Notes: generated by a model not told the origin, from the letters alone. A stretch of DNA of 64,000 nucleotides from Candidatus Cloacimonadales bacterium (GCA_963678315.1 OY782781.1:1920001-1984000), one strand, 5' to 3'. Shown: positions 40,501 to 50,272, numbered from the stretch's first letter. Translations and numbers: made by a program.

Positions 40501-41003
40501 TCTATTTCATATCCCAAGCCAGAAAGTTCAGATAATAGTACTTCAGGGTCATATTCTTGTCCTACCTTGATATGTTTGACACTATTTAAAAGCAAATCAG
40601 AGTTGATTATATTGCGAAGAGCTGTCCTTAAGGAGCAGATGTAAATATTTTTACTATTCTTATCAATTATTTTTGCTAAAGCACTTAATCTTAATGCCCT
40701 GATATTTGAATGTGGGGAACGCTTTTCATAGGGGAGAGTCTCATAATCAGGAATAAAGTAAATATGTTCAGATGATACAAGTACTTCAAGAGAATTTTGA
40801 AAGTCTTCAGCAAGCTTATCATCAGAAACAACCACAAGAATATTATTATCATTTTTGTAGAAAGAATCAGCTATGGCCAAAGTCTTTAGAGATTTATTTA
40901 AGTTGGCTAGTTCAATATTTGATTTTGAAGTAAAACTTTTATTTAGTTCTTTGAAGAATTTATTATTTGTTACATAAGGTTCAATTTTCTGGTAAAACAT
41001 CAT
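37599..41003 (-). CDS. mfd: Transcription-repair coupling factor
   Basis: CarD-like VVHIDHGIG, GDVGFGKTEVA, DEEHRFGV, SATPIPRTL, QIRGRVGRS, RDLEIRGAG, TRCF C-terminus. Confidence 0.97.
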   Translation of the reverse strand: MMFYQKIEPYVTNNKFFKELNKSFTSKSNIELANLNKSLKTLAIADSFYKNDNNILVVVSDDKLAEDFQNSLEVLVSSEHIYFIPDYETLPYEKRSPHSNIRALRLSALAKIIDKNSKNIYICSLRTALRNIINSDLLLNSVKHIKVGQEYDPEVLLSELSGLGYEIDFQVGKVGQASKRGGIIDVYSPNHSLPLRIDFFGDEIETIRFFSPQSQKSQKLEVSSVELLPVREISLHDIDGKSPLQEKITEDGFYEGIEQDVTLFYNNCQTLIDYFSANTSIFWDEFQYVKGDSIEIFNETNQLYQRVKAKDKDAIVAEPNKLFQDYNYIHSVIKTKHSIFLERSSQKLEIKSNSMTLNFNSIEKFNADFVKFEDNLNKYIEYRYNIFIQSDNSSQSKRMQELLSNVADKISFITGVLKDGFELPEQKLILYTDHDIYNRYEAKHYKSKFSKKESLVDYDSLNPGDYVVHIDHGIGIFESLKRMLIDGNNIDCLVLNYAGGDRIYVPTFQIQLISKYIADEGSEPAVHKIGSKKWNNQKKKAKSQIELIAQDILDLYAERKMRIGLAHEPDNNWQIEMEDAFLYEETHDQLQATKEIKEDMESPISMERLLCGDVGFGKTEVAIRAAFKAVMSGYQVAVLVPTTLLAEQHYIVFRERLAQYPVKIAMLSRFRSPRRLKQEIIDISEGSVDIAIGTHRLLSKDVAFKRLGLLIVDEEHRFGVRQKEKIRQLKSNVDTLYMSATPIPRTLSMALSKLKDISLIKTSPKERLPVRTIVSPFDDEVIKDAIRREVDRGGQVFFLHNRVSTIRTITSNLEALLPDVNFRIGHGQMSGKQLEQLIIDFYQHKFDVLVSTTIIENGIDIPNANTMIVNRADTFGLAQLYQIRGRVGRSNRRAYAYFLIPENISFDARERLNALTEYDYLGAGYQIALRDLEIRGAGSLLGTKQSGTIKSVGFNYYNRLLREAMENIDNNKNKIFEENEKRENLEALKIKVDFYFPESYISDEKERINLYRRMKELETTEEFNELQEELIDRFGKLPVEAKHAINYFELRLLANKLGLSSCNIKNRTVVLEYPSEKTPPRSQVMKLISTVSYPVKFETTDKFSIIFNVKTLKKRTIIEIALEILKDYLDILKS

Positions 41004-41032
41004 TCCCCCGAATCTACTTGTTATTTAATCTT

Positions 41033-42496
41033 TTATTTTATCAATAGAATTTTGTGGCTTAGGCTGAATCTATCATTCTTAAGAACAGTAAAATATAAGC
41101 CTGATGAAACTGGTTTATCATTATTATCACGACCATCCCAAGTAAAAGTCTTATCATTGATTTGATTCTGAGTTAGCTTAATTGACTTGACAGATTGGCC
41201 TTTAAGGTTGTAAATATTAACTTGCTTAATATTATCTATTCTAGAGTAATTAATATTTATAGTATTTTTAAAAGGATTAGGATAAGATATTATAGTATCA
41301 TCCTCCAAAACAGCTTCTGTATCACTAATTGAAGTTAATTCTATTGAAATATTTTCCGTGAACTCATTAGCATCAGCTATAAATCTATTCAAAACCCAAG
41401 CAATTTCATTTATATCTGTTTCTTCCTCTGTCCAGTCTTCATAGTAGTCATAAAAATCTTCAAATAAATCTTCTTCATGATTCTCAATTGATTCAAGTAA
41501 AGAGAAACCGTTATTTTGAACAAAGTAGGATGTGTTTAGATATCCATTATTTGCTTGATTCCAAAAGAGACTTACTAGATTACTTGAAGCTGAAGATATT
41601 TCATTTGCAAGAGTGAAGTCATAATTCATGAATGGGAATACTGGAAAGAGAACCGAGGTTAAAGGGTTTCCCATAGCTATCCATAGTGTTGTGAACTTAG
41701 GGTTTACTCCAGGTGGGACCCCTTCGATAATAATTGCAGATATTGACCTATCCCTACAAATACTGTTACTCGTGTTGACTATAGGAGTTAAATCACCAAA
41801 ACTATAGGGTAACTCAACTTCTGTTCCATTAATATCTGCAATGTCTCTTAACATCTCATTGATAATATTTTGACTTGTTAAATCATCTTCTAAAATTAGA
41901 TTGTTAACTATTGTGTTAGCTCTAAAATATCTTTCCATACCAGAAGTTCCTCCACCATTGATGGAAAAGTTTGTTCTGATAATTGTATTATTTTCTACGT
42001 CATCAGTGTCATAAACCCAGAAGTTTGAATTACTAATTTCAAACATTTTACTAGTACCTTGAGCATCAAAAACAGCAAAATTTCCTCTCAGTTCTAAATC
42101 AGAAAAAATATCATGAACTAGGCTTATGTATTGCTCAAATTCATCTACACTACTAACAGCAGCTAAGGCGTTTCTTATCAAATTCCCATTATTGAAGTTG
42201 CCGTTACCTTCTGTTAAATCTGCTGAAAAAGAATTAACTATTGCAAATCCAGCTTCGTTAGCTCCCATCCAAATTCTATCATCGCCAGGATTTGTTACCC
42301 CAATATAAGAATACCTTCCTCCCTCAAAAAAACTTATATTGTTAGTGCTATATGACGTAACATCCCTAATCTTCCAGACCATTGGGACTTCTCTTTCAGT
42401 AACATCAGCTGATGATACTCCAATAGTGCAGGTATAAGCAAAACTAGCACTTATAATCAATAATAGCGTTAAAACAGTTTTGAGTTTATTGAGCAT
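41033..42496 (-). CDS. Secreted Ntn-hydrolase (C45/C69-like) with FlgD-Ig/T9SS-type CTD
   Basis: Signal peptide then CTIGV..WKIRD, MGANEAG, RTNFS; CTD SYPNPF...IYNLKGQ...WDGRD...SSGLYF. Confidence 0.75.
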   Translation of the reverse strand: MLNKLKTVLTLLLIISASFAYTCTIGVSSADVTEREVPMVWKIRDVTSYSTNNISFFEGGRYSYIGVTNPGDDRIWMGANEAGFAIVNSFSADLTEGNGNFNNGNLIRNALAAVSSVDEFEQYISLVHDIFSDLELRGNFAVFDAQGTSKMFEISNSNFWVYDTDDVENNTIIRTNFSINGGGTSGMERYFRANTIVNNLILEDDLTSQNIINEMLRDIADINGTEVELPYSFGDLTPIVNTSNSICRDRSISAIIIEGVPPGVNPKFTTLWIAMGNPLTSVLFPVFPFMNYDFTLANEISSASSNLVSLFWNQANNGYLNTSYFVQNNGFSLLESIENHEEDLFEDFYDYYEDWTEEETDINEIAWVLNRFIADANEFTENISIELTSISDTEAVLEDDTIISYPNPFKNTININYSRIDNIKQVNIYNLKGQSVKSIKLTQNQINDKTFTWDGRDNNDKPVSSGLYFTVLKNDRFSLSHKILLIK

Positions 42497-42520
42497 AAAT
42501 ATCCTTTATTCAATATCATA

Positions 42521-42599
42521 AACCTATTTGATGCAGTAGGCTTCTTGTTAATAATGCAGATTCTTACCATTCTAGAAGTTCTACTGTATTAGATGGGTT
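42521..42599. repeat. Short copy of the terminal-inverted-repeat element at 9572-9788
   Basis: AACCTATTTGATGCAGTAGGCTTCT...ATTCTAGAAGTTCTACTGTATTAGATGGGTT matches both ends of the long copy. Confidence 0.8.
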
Positions 42600-42673
42600 A
42601 AATACTAATTTAATAATATTATGATATATGACAAGATATAAATTGGGAAACATACATTGCTTATTCAAGCTAC

Positions 42674-42714
42674 TAACTTGCAAACAGCGTTCAGCTAGAA
42701 CGCTGTCACAAGTA
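42674..42714. terminator. Hairpin downstream of the ABC exporter pair (terminator or REP-like)
   Basis: ACAGCGTTC-AGCTA-GAACGCTGT stem. Confidence 0.55.
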
Positions 42715-42722
42715 GTTTTTAT

Positions 42723-44489
42723 TTACGCAATATCTTCTTTGTTTAGTATTTGAGTCTGAATAAAATCTCTATATTGAATATTGTTCTTGAACAATTCATC
42801 ATGACGTCCATCAACTATTTCATGCCTATCATTAATGAAAACAATTCTGTCTGCATAAGAAACAGTAGAGATGCGGTGAGATACCATTAGAGCTCCAGTT
42901 CTTGGAAAATACTTCTCCATATCTAGCCAGAGTTGTTTCTCATTTTCTGCATCTAAACTTGAAGTTATATCATCAAGAATTAGATATTCAGGATTTCTCA
43001 TTAATGCTCTAGCTATTGCAATTCTCTGTTTTTGTCCACCAGAAACAGCAGAACCTCTTTCTCCTAGAACTGTATTCTCTTTGAGAGGAAATGATTCAAT
43101 TTCTCTTTCTAGTTGTGATACTTTTACAACAGACTTAAATAGTTCTTTTGAGGCATTGTCTGTACCGAAGTAAATGTTATCAGCTATTGTTCCACTGAAT
43201 AACAATGGATCTTGAGGTACATATCCAATTCTAGAAAGAAGATGGCTTCTATCTAGATCATTGATAGAAGAAGAATTGATTGAAACACTGCCCAGGTCTG
43301 GTTTAACAGAACCAGTCAAGATTGATATGAGAGTACTCTTACCACAACCAACAGGTCCCATTAAAAGAGTTTTTTCTTTGGGATCAATCTCAAGATTAAT
43401 GTTAGTAAATAGGGCATCTGTATCATAATCAAATTTTACGTCTTTAAGGGAAATAGACTTTATCTTGTTAACAGGAACTGAATTAGTAAATCTTTCATTT
43501 TCATTCGGAAAGTTCTTCATCTCTTCAAGTCTATCTATATTTACGAATGCTTGCTTTCCTGATACAAAAAGTTGAGGTAGATCAAGCATAGGATAAATCA
43601 TCATCATTAGATATGTATAGAAAGCTAGGAAAGTACCAATTGTTATATCTCCTTTAACAGCCATATATCCACCAAAGAATAGAATAGATATCTGTCCAAA
43701 ATAGCCTATATACTCATAAATTAAGTTTAAACCTGATTGAAGTTTTATTAGTGTAAATTCTGTTTCAAATCTATGAGTTAGTGCTTTCTGGAAAAAGCGA
43801 TTGTATTTATCTTCACAATCAAAAGCTTTAATGATTTTAATACCACTAAAACTCATTTCTAGTTGATTATTTATCTTACTAATAGCTTCTTGATTTCTAG
43901 TATATCTTTTTTCTAATGAGGTGCTAACAAAATAGAAAACTACAATCATTATAGGAAGGGGTATGAGTGAATATAGGGTTAATCTCCAGTTTAATGAGAA
44001 CATCATTACTAATATAAAAGTAATACTAACTAACGAATTAAATGCTCTAAAAATACCTGAACATAAAAACCAGGCTATTTTAGGAAAGTCTGTTAAATCG
44101 TTAGTAAGTCTAGTAACAATATCTCCAGTCCTAAATTTATTAAAGAATTTATAATCTTTCTCTGAAATATCTGTGAAATAACGAACTCTAAGACTATGTT
44201 CAAACTTCATATTAATCCATGCTCTAAAAGCTGGATAGATTCCTGCAATTAATCGCACCATACCTATCCCAAGTATTACCCAGATAAACTTGTACATCTC
44301 AGTCATTGGTTCATCAAACTCAGATTTATTCTTAACTATATAATCTATTTTATCAATTAGCATTTTAAACAAGTAAGGATAAACAGAAGAGATGAAAGCA
44401 CTTAAAATAGTTAAAATGACCATTACAAAAACTAACTTTTTGTATCTTTTCCATTCGTTAAAAATCCATTTAACATGCTTATTCATCAT
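42723..44489 (-). CDS. ABC exporter, fused permease/ATPase (degenerate Walker B subunit)
   Basis: 6 TM; GPVGCGKST, VSGGQKQR, LDDITSSLD. Confidence 0.9.
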   Translation of the reverse strand: MMNKHVKWIFNEWKRYKKLVFVMVILTILSAFISSVYPYLFKMLIDKIDYIVKNKSEFDEPMTEMYKFIWVILGIGMVRLIAGIYPAFRAWINMKFEHSLRVRYFTDISEKDYKFFNKFRTGDIVTRLTNDLTDFPKIAWFLCSGIFRAFNSLVSITFILVMMFSLNWRLTLYSLIPLPIMIVVFYFVSTSLEKRYTRNQEAISKINNQLEMSFSGIKIIKAFDCEDKYNRFFQKALTHRFETEFTLIKLQSGLNLIYEYIGYFGQISILFFGGYMAVKGDITIGTFLAFYTYLMMMIYPMLDLPQLFVSGKQAFVNIDRLEEMKNFPNENERFTNSVPVNKIKSISLKDVKFDYDTDALFTNINLEIDPKEKTLLMGPVGCGKSTLISILTGSVKPDLGSVSINSSSINDLDRSHLLSRIGYVPQDPLLFSGTIADNIYFGTDNASKELFKSVVKVSQLEREIESFPLKENTVLGERGSAVSGGQKQRIAIARALMRNPEYLILDDITSSLDAENEKQLWLDMEKYFPRTGALMVSHRISTVSYADRIVFINDRHEIVDGRHDELFKNNIQYRDFIQTQILNKEDIA

Positions 44490-46230
44490 TATCTCCTAAA
44501 AATTGAAGGTTCACTAAATTCTTATATTCTTCAGATTTCTTCATTAATTCTCCATGTTTACCATGATGCTTAATAATTCCATTTTCAAAGTAGATAATAT
44601 TATCAGCATCAATAATAGATGATAACCTATGGGCAACTATCAGAGCTGTCTTATTTTGAAGTAATTTATTCATAGAATCTTGTATCTTTGCTTCAGTAAC
44701 TGTATCAATAGATGATGTCGCTTCGTCCATAATAACAATTTCAGGATTGAATGCTAAGGCTCTAGCAAAACTCAAAAGCTGTTTCTCTCCATGAGAGATG
44801 TTTTGTCCACGTTCTGACAGAACTTTTGTGAGAGCATCTTTTTGCAAGAATTTATCAGCATGTACCATCTTAATAGAATCAATGACTTGATCTCTACTGA
44901 CATTATCATTATAAATTCTTACATTTTCAACAATATCTCCTGGAAATAGGAATACGTCTTGAAGAATTAATCCAAGCTGTTTTCTCCAACTTTTTATGTT
45001 TAACTCTTTTAGATTAACACCATCAATTAATATCTCTCCCTTTTGAAACTCATAGAATCCACAAAGAAGACTAACTGTTGTTGTTTTACCAGAACCTGAT
45101 GGACCAACAAGTGCTACCTTATCACCTTTGTTTATCTTAAATGAAACATCTTTCAAAATCCATTTATCTTCCTCATAAGCAAACCAAACGTTCTTAAACT
45201 CTATAGAGTGCTTGAATTCTGAAATCATTTTAGTTTTATTATAATAGGGCTCTACAGGAAGTTCATTTAACTCTTGAATTCTATTGAGTGAAACAAAAGA
45301 TTTTTGAATCTGCATAACATTTTCAAGTAACTGAATCAAAGGCCAAACTATGCGATTTATATATTGTGAAAAGATAATTAATGTTCCAATAGTTTCAGTT
45401 CCTTTGAATATTTTTGGAACAACTAAAAGAATAATTAAAATCAAGAAGAAATATTCAATAATAAACATGAATAAACCTTCTACAGAATATTCGATAAAAG
45501 CTGCCTTTGTTTCGAGCTTCTTCTTATCGGCTGAGGATTCTTTTATGATTTCTACCACATCTCTTTGTTTATGAAATGTTTGTATAACACTCATTCCTTG
45601 CACATATTCTGTAAGTTTTGCTGTTACTTCAGAATATTTTTCTCTTACTTTTTTAAATAATTTACTGATATATCGCATGAAGTAGTTGTAAGCAATTACA
45701 ATTGCAGTTAGGGCAAGTAGTAACCAAACTGAAACATCTGGACTCTTATACACTATGACAGCAATTACTCCAAGGAAGAATAGTAAATTACCAATAATTC
45801 TGACAGAGAGCTCAGAAAATAAAAACCTAACTTTTTCACTATCATTTTCTACCCTTGCAATGAAATCTCCTACAGGTCTATTATCAAAGAATGATACTGG
45901 TACCTTCATTAGATGGCTAAACAATTTCATTTTCACATCTGTAATAACTTTTAATCCAAGCTTTGATAAGATAATTATCTGACTAAATGAAGCAATACCA
46001 GACAGCAAGATTAAGCCTATAAAGAAGAAAGCATAATTATACATGTCTGCTACATCTTTATTAGGTACACTAACATCAATTATATGCGCTAGAATTAAAG
46101 GGTCTATCAAATGGGTAGCTGAAACAAACAACATCAGGATAAATCCTAATATAAATAGCTTCTTCTCTTTCCATAAGTATGGCGATAAAAATTTAAAATT
46201 CTTTTTTATATTATTATTTTTTTTGGACAT
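44479..46230 (-). CDS. ABC exporter, fused permease/ATPase (partner subunit)
   Basis: 6 TM; GPSGSGKTT, ISHGEKQ, MDEATSSID. Confidence 0.9.
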   Translation of the reverse strand: MSKKNNNIKKNFKFLSPYLWKEKKLFILGFILMLFVSATHLIDPLILAHIIDVSVPNKDVADMYNYAFFFIGLILLSGIASFSQIIILSKLGLKVITDVKMKLFSHLMKVPVSFFDNRPVGDFIARVENDSEKVRFLFSELSVRIIGNLLFFLGVIAVIVYKSPDVSVWLLLALTAIVIAYNYFMRYISKLFKKVREKYSEVTAKLTEYVQGMSVIQTFHKQRDVVEIIKESSADKKKLETKAAFIEYSVEGLFMFIIEYFFLILIILLVVPKIFKGTETIGTLIIFSQYINRIVWPLIQLLENVMQIQKSFVSLNRIQELNELPVEPYYNKTKMISEFKHSIEFKNVWFAYEEDKWILKDVSFKINKGDKVALVGPSGSGKTTTVSLLCGFYEFQKGEILIDGVNLKELNIKSWRKQLGLILQDVFLFPGDIVENVRIYNDNVSRDQVIDSIKMVHADKFLQKDALTKVLSERGQNISHGEKQLLSFARALAFNPEIVIMDEATSSIDTVTEAKIQDSMNKLLQNKTALIVAHRLSSIIDADNIIYFENGIIKHHGKHGELMKKSEEYKNLVNLQFLGDNDE

Positions 46231-46530
46231 AGAAACTCCGTTTATTATATTTCGTTAATTTGGAAATATGATCTTCTTAAATGGTTTTATGAGATTATTA
46301 CCTCAATTCCTAGTTTAATATTTAGCGTTAAAATTATTTTATAAATCAATCTACAAGGCAATAAAAAACTTACATAAGGATTTGTCAATATTAAATTTTA
46401 TCTTTTTATACTCACGGTATTATAAATATCCTAAGAGTTAGTTTTGACTTATGTGTATAGATATATAAGTCTTTTATTTTATATTCAGTAATTAAATAAT
46501 TATTGATTTGTTTAAGGCTGATATGGTCAC

Positions 46531-46930
46531 CCTTACTTGCCTCTTTGAAAAAAAGCCGATTTTTCAATGAGACCCTTAATGCAGGAGTTAGGAGGGAGGA
46601 ATTAGTGATGAGTTAGGAGGAGGAATTAGTGATGAGTTAGGAGGAGGAATTAGTGATGAGTTAGGAGGAGGAATTAGTGATGAGTTAGGAGGAGGAGTTA
46701 GTTATGAGTTAGGAGTTAGGAGTTAGTGCTAGCTGGCAAAGGGGAGTTTGGAGTTACTGGGATCGCCAGCCTCTGCGCTGGCTTCACTTAGAACGTAGTT
46801 ATAAGTGAATTTGTAGAGACGCTTGGAAAAACGTCTCAAAAAGGGAGTGTAAGCATCCACCGATAGGTTGAACGGAGTTCATGCTTACGCAAAATAGATT
46901 CGTAAGCTGGGAAGCTTTCAGTCCCGGTTT
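46531..46930. repeat. Mosaic REP-like hairpin cluster, copy 2
   Basis: Same blocks as 9977-10238, plus GTAAGCAT...ATGCTTAC and AAGCTGGGA...TCCCGGTTT hairpins. Confidence 0.8.
46596..46715 (+). repeat. 24-bp tandem repeat x5 (GAGGAATTAGTGATGAGTTAGGAG)
   Basis: ATTAGTGATG at 46601, 46625, 46649 and 46673, with a variant at 46697. Confidence 0.92.
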
Positions 46931-46942
46931 GTGTTTTATCTC

Positions 46943-48457
46943 CTACTTAACTTTCAACACCTTCTTATAAATTGTTTGCTTATTGCTAGAAAATTTAATA
47001 ATATATATGCCAGTTGAAACTTCTTTACCCTTATTATCTTTTCCATCCCAAAAAATATCTTGCTCTTTACTACTGTTTGATAGATTTCTAACAAGTTGAC
47101 CCTTGATATTAAATATTTTTACACTTGCATTTGTAGGTAAAAAAGCTAAAATCTTTGCTTTTGTTTCAAATGGGTTAGGATATATGTCAGAGACTTCTAA
47201 AAGCTGCTCTTCTGGGCTATCAGGGATATAATTATTTCTAGCTTCAACAAAAGGTGAGATGTAGCTATGTCCATCAACAAATTTAGTTCTTATCCAATAA
47301 TAGTAACTTTGGGATGGGGCATTGTTATCAACAAGTGAAAAATAATCCTGGTTAGGATAATCCTCAATTAGCAAGCTATCTCCTATTTGCATAGAATTTT
47401 GAAAATCTTTATTTGTAGATCTAAAAATATGGAAACTTTCAATCATATCATTATGTTCAATATTCCAAGAAAGATTAACTTTATTAAGTGATATAAAGTT
47501 AGCTGAAAAATTATTGATAGTAATTTCAGCAATCTGGTTTATGGATAGATTATTAACAAAGCCAGACTGAGTAAACTGCAATAGTTGATTTTTGGCAACA
47601 GTGTTATGGAGGGAAGTTCCTGTCTTGATAGCAATAAATTGATTGTTAAATGTTTCATAACTCAGATTATAACTTGTACCAATAAGTTTTGTTGAACGGT
47701 ATACATAGCTATCTTCTCCATTGGAAAGGACAAAATTTACTTTAGCAGAATCGTTGTATTTTAGTAAATATTCTAAATCAGAATTTCCAACATTCTTATT
47801 ATTGAAGGCTTTTTTCAAAGCAAGAGGTATATTATCAGGGGTTTGTATAATATAATACATTAGGTAATGGAAGAGTAATTCACTATCAATGAATGAATTA
47901 ACATCATAATATTCGCCTTCCCATTGAGAAGGATGTTGATGGAACCATACAGATCCAAGAAATTCAATAATGTCTTGTTTCACTTGGGAACTGTAGAAAC
48001 CGTTATGCATAAAAGAATATGTAACACCATCATGCTCAAATAAGAGAGGATGATTACCATTACCACCTGTACCATTTCTTGCATGTCCCATGATAATAGA
48101 AACAGAATCATCTGGCATTAGTGTCATCAAGGCATTATTTAAGGGTTCATCAGGATTAGAATTATCATACCAAGTTTGGTAGCCAGTTTTGTACCAACGA
48201 TAGTGTGGTAATATAGTTTGACTGCCTACATTGTAGGCTACAATTCCATATCCATCATTATTTAGCGGGATATCTCCTGAATTACTTTGAAGAAATGCAA
48301 AGTAATCTAATGGATCATCAAGTCGCCCTGGAGAAACATCTATTGTCATTAGGTCGTTATCATTAATTCCCAATAAGACAAACATATCACAGCTTGTTAA
48401 TATAGAGACTTTTATGATAAGTACTATTAAAAATACCCTAAAATTTTTATTATTCAT
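46943..48457 (-). CDS. Secreted class II glutamine amidotransferase-like (Ntn) protein with FlgD-Ig/T9SS-type CTD
   Basis: Signal peptide then CDMF; NNDGYGI, MGHARNGT, HPL, FMHNG, DSE; CTD IYPNPF...IFNIKGQLVR...WDGKD...STGIY. Confidence 0.8.
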   Translation of the reverse strand: MNNKNFRVFLIVLIIKVSILTSCDMFVLLGINDNDLMTIDVSPGRLDDPLDYFAFLQSNSGDIPLNNDGYGIVAYNVGSQTILPHYRWYKTGYQTWYDNSNPDEPLNNALMTLMPDDSVSIIMGHARNGTGGNGNHPLLFEHDGVTYSFMHNGFYSSQVKQDIIEFLGSVWFHQHPSQWEGEYYDVNSFIDSELLFHYLMYYIIQTPDNIPLALKKAFNNKNVGNSDLEYLLKYNDSAKVNFVLSNGEDSYVYRSTKLIGTSYNLSYETFNNQFIAIKTGTSLHNTVAKNQLLQFTQSGFVNNLSINQIAEITINNFSANFISLNKVNLSWNIEHNDMIESFHIFRSTNKDFQNSMQIGDSLLIEDYPNQDYFSLVDNNAPSQSYYYWIRTKFVDGHSYISPFVEARNNYIPDSPEEQLLEVSDIYPNPFETKAKILAFLPTNASVKIFNIKGQLVRNLSNSSKEQDIFWDGKDNKGKEVSTGIYIIKFSSNKQTIYKKVLKVK

Positions 48458-48647
48458 ATATGTGTAATTTAATCAGACTACTTATATTGTCAAACAAGAA
48501 TTTAAAAATATTATTGACAACTATTGTAATTACTAGTGAAATTGGTATTGTTATTGGAAGTAAGAATCGTATATTATGGTTTCTAGTTTATATTAATGTC
48601 AAAATGAAAAGATGTTTGTTAATGGAAAGTTTTTACAAGGATTTTAT

Positions 48648-48728
48648 ATGAAAAAAGTTATAATTACACTAATTCTAGTTACTTTATCAATATTTATTGT
48701 AAAGAAATTGAAATCTAAAAAAGCTTAG
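48648..48728 (+). CDS. 26-aa hydrophobic, cationic small protein
   Basis: MKKVIITLILVTLSIFIVKKLKSKKA*; AAGGA RBS upstream; terminator downstream. Below the ORF-track cut-off. Confidence 0.55.
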   Translation: MKKVIITLILVTLSIFIVKKLKSKKA

Positions 48729-48788
48729 ATTACTATTATTTAGATTTCCTAATATAATTAGGGTCTAATAAATGTTGTGAAAATAGTT

Positions 48789-48821
48789 AGGGTTACCTAT
48801 ATAAAAATAGGTAGCCCTTTT
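48789..48821 (+). terminator. Rho-independent terminator
   Basis: AGGGTTACCTAT-loop-ATAGGTAGCCCT followed by TTT. Confidence 0.75.
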
Positions 48822-48911
48822 GTACTATATAGCATCAATTACAGAAATTACTTTACAAACTAAATCATATTTTATAATGAAGAAAAAATATTAAATTCCA
48901 GTGGAGGATAA

Positions 48912-50129
48912 ATGAAACTAGAAGGAAAGGTTGTTGTTGCTCAGGGCGGAGGACCAACTGCTGTAATTAATCAATCCTTAGTAGGGGTAGTACTTGAATC
49001 ACGAAAATTTCAACAAGTTACACGAGTTTATGGAGCTCAACATGGTGTGGACGGTATTTTGAATGAGAACTTCTTTGATTTAACTCAAGAAACAACTCAT
49101 AACCTTGAGCAGATTGCTCAAACACCATCTTCTGCGCTTCTTTCAACAAGAGTTAAACCTGACGTGAAATATTGCAAAGAAATGTTCAAAGTTCTTAAGG
49201 CTCACGATGTAAGATACTTCTTCTATATCGGAGGTAATGATTCTTCTGATACTGTTAGAATAGTTAATCAAGAAGCTGAAAATGCATCTTACGAATTCAG
49301 AGCTATTCATATTCCTAAAACAATTGATAACGACTTAGTCTTAAATGACCATACTCCAGGTTTCGGTTCAGCAGCTAGGTTTGTAGCTCAATCATTTATT
49401 GGGGCTAATCTAGATAATAGAGCATTACCAGGTGTTTATATAGGTATTGTTATGGGACGTCATGCAGGCTTCTTAACAGCAGCTTCTGCTTTAGCTAAGA
49501 AATATCCAGATGATGGTCCTCATTTAATATATATGCCTGAAAGAAAATTCAACCTTGATAAATTTATTCAGGATGTTAAAACAACTTATGATAAGTATGG
49601 TAGATGTGTTATTGCTGTTTCAGAAGGTATTTCAGATGAAAACGGAATTCCAATTGTTACTAAGCTAGCAAAGACTGTTGAAAAAGATGCACATGGTAAC
49701 GTTCAGCTTTCTGGAACTGGTGCTTTAGGTGATTTATTAGCTGACGAAATTAGAAACAAACTCAAGATTAAGAGAGTACGATCAGATACATTTGGTTATC
49801 TTCAACGTTCATTTATGGGTTGTGTATCAGATGTAGACCAAAATGAAGCACGAGAAGTTGGTGAAAAAGCAGCCCATTATGCAATCTGGCATAATTTAGA
49901 TGGATCTATCAGGATAATTAGAACTGGTTACTATTCAGTTGATTATGCTTTAGCTAAATTAGAAGATATCGCTGGTAAAACTAGACACATGCCTGATAAC
50001 TTTATTAATGCTGAAGGAAACAATGTAACTAATGATTTCTTATATTATTGCAGACCATTAGTAGGATCAGGCTTCCAACAAGCTCATAGATTGAGAGTAC
50101 CTAAAGCGGTAAAACTTCTTGAGAGATAA
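48912..50129 (+). CDS. pfp: Phosphofructokinase, probably PPi-dependent
   Basis: QGGGPTAVIN, GGNDS (Asp diagnostic for PPi use), PKTIDND, MGRHAG. Confidence 0.85.
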   Translation: MKLEGKVVVAQGGGPTAVINQSLVGVVLESRKFQQVTRVYGAQHGVDGILNENFFDLTQETTHNLEQIAQTPSSALLSTRVKPDVKYCKEMFKVLKAHDVRYFFYIGGNDSSDTVRIVNQEAENASYEFRAIHIPKTIDNDLVLNDHTPGFGSAARFVAQSFIGANLDNRALPGVYIGIVMGRHAGFLTAASALAKKYPDDGPHLIYMPERKFNLDKFIQDVKTTYDKYGRCVIAVSEGISDENGIPIVTKLAKTVEKDAHGNVQLSGTGALGDLLADEIRNKLKIKRVRSDTFGYLQRSFMGCVSDVDQNEAREVGEKAAHYAIWHNLDGSIRIIRTGYYSVDYALAKLEDIAGKTRHMPDNFINAEGNNVTNDFLYYCRPLVGSGFQQAHRLRVPKAVKLLER

Positions 50130-50148
50130 ATGATATTCTAAAATATAC

Positions 50149-50178
50149 GTGAACAAAGCTTAAGCTTTGTTCACTTTT
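50149..50178 (+). terminator. Terminator after the PFK gene
   Basis: Perfect palindrome GTGAACAAAGCTTAAGCTTTGTTCAC followed by TTTT. Confidence 0.75.
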
Positions 50179-50272
50179 CTCCTTAACTTCAAAGTCAGTT
50201 ATAAAATTCTATTCTCGTAAGTAAAATTATTCTATATAAAGATAACTAAGAAAAACTAATGCAAGAGGAAAG

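Noticed and set aside
42723..46230. Degenerate ATPase motifs (LDD Walker B, ISHGE signature) as a sign of pseudogenes or novelty
   Set aside because: This asymmetry is the normal pattern of heterodimeric ABC exporters.
48460..48651. 63-aa ORF in the track
   Set aside because: It overlaps divergent promoter-like motifs and has no RBS; the 26-aa ORF at 48648 is better supported.
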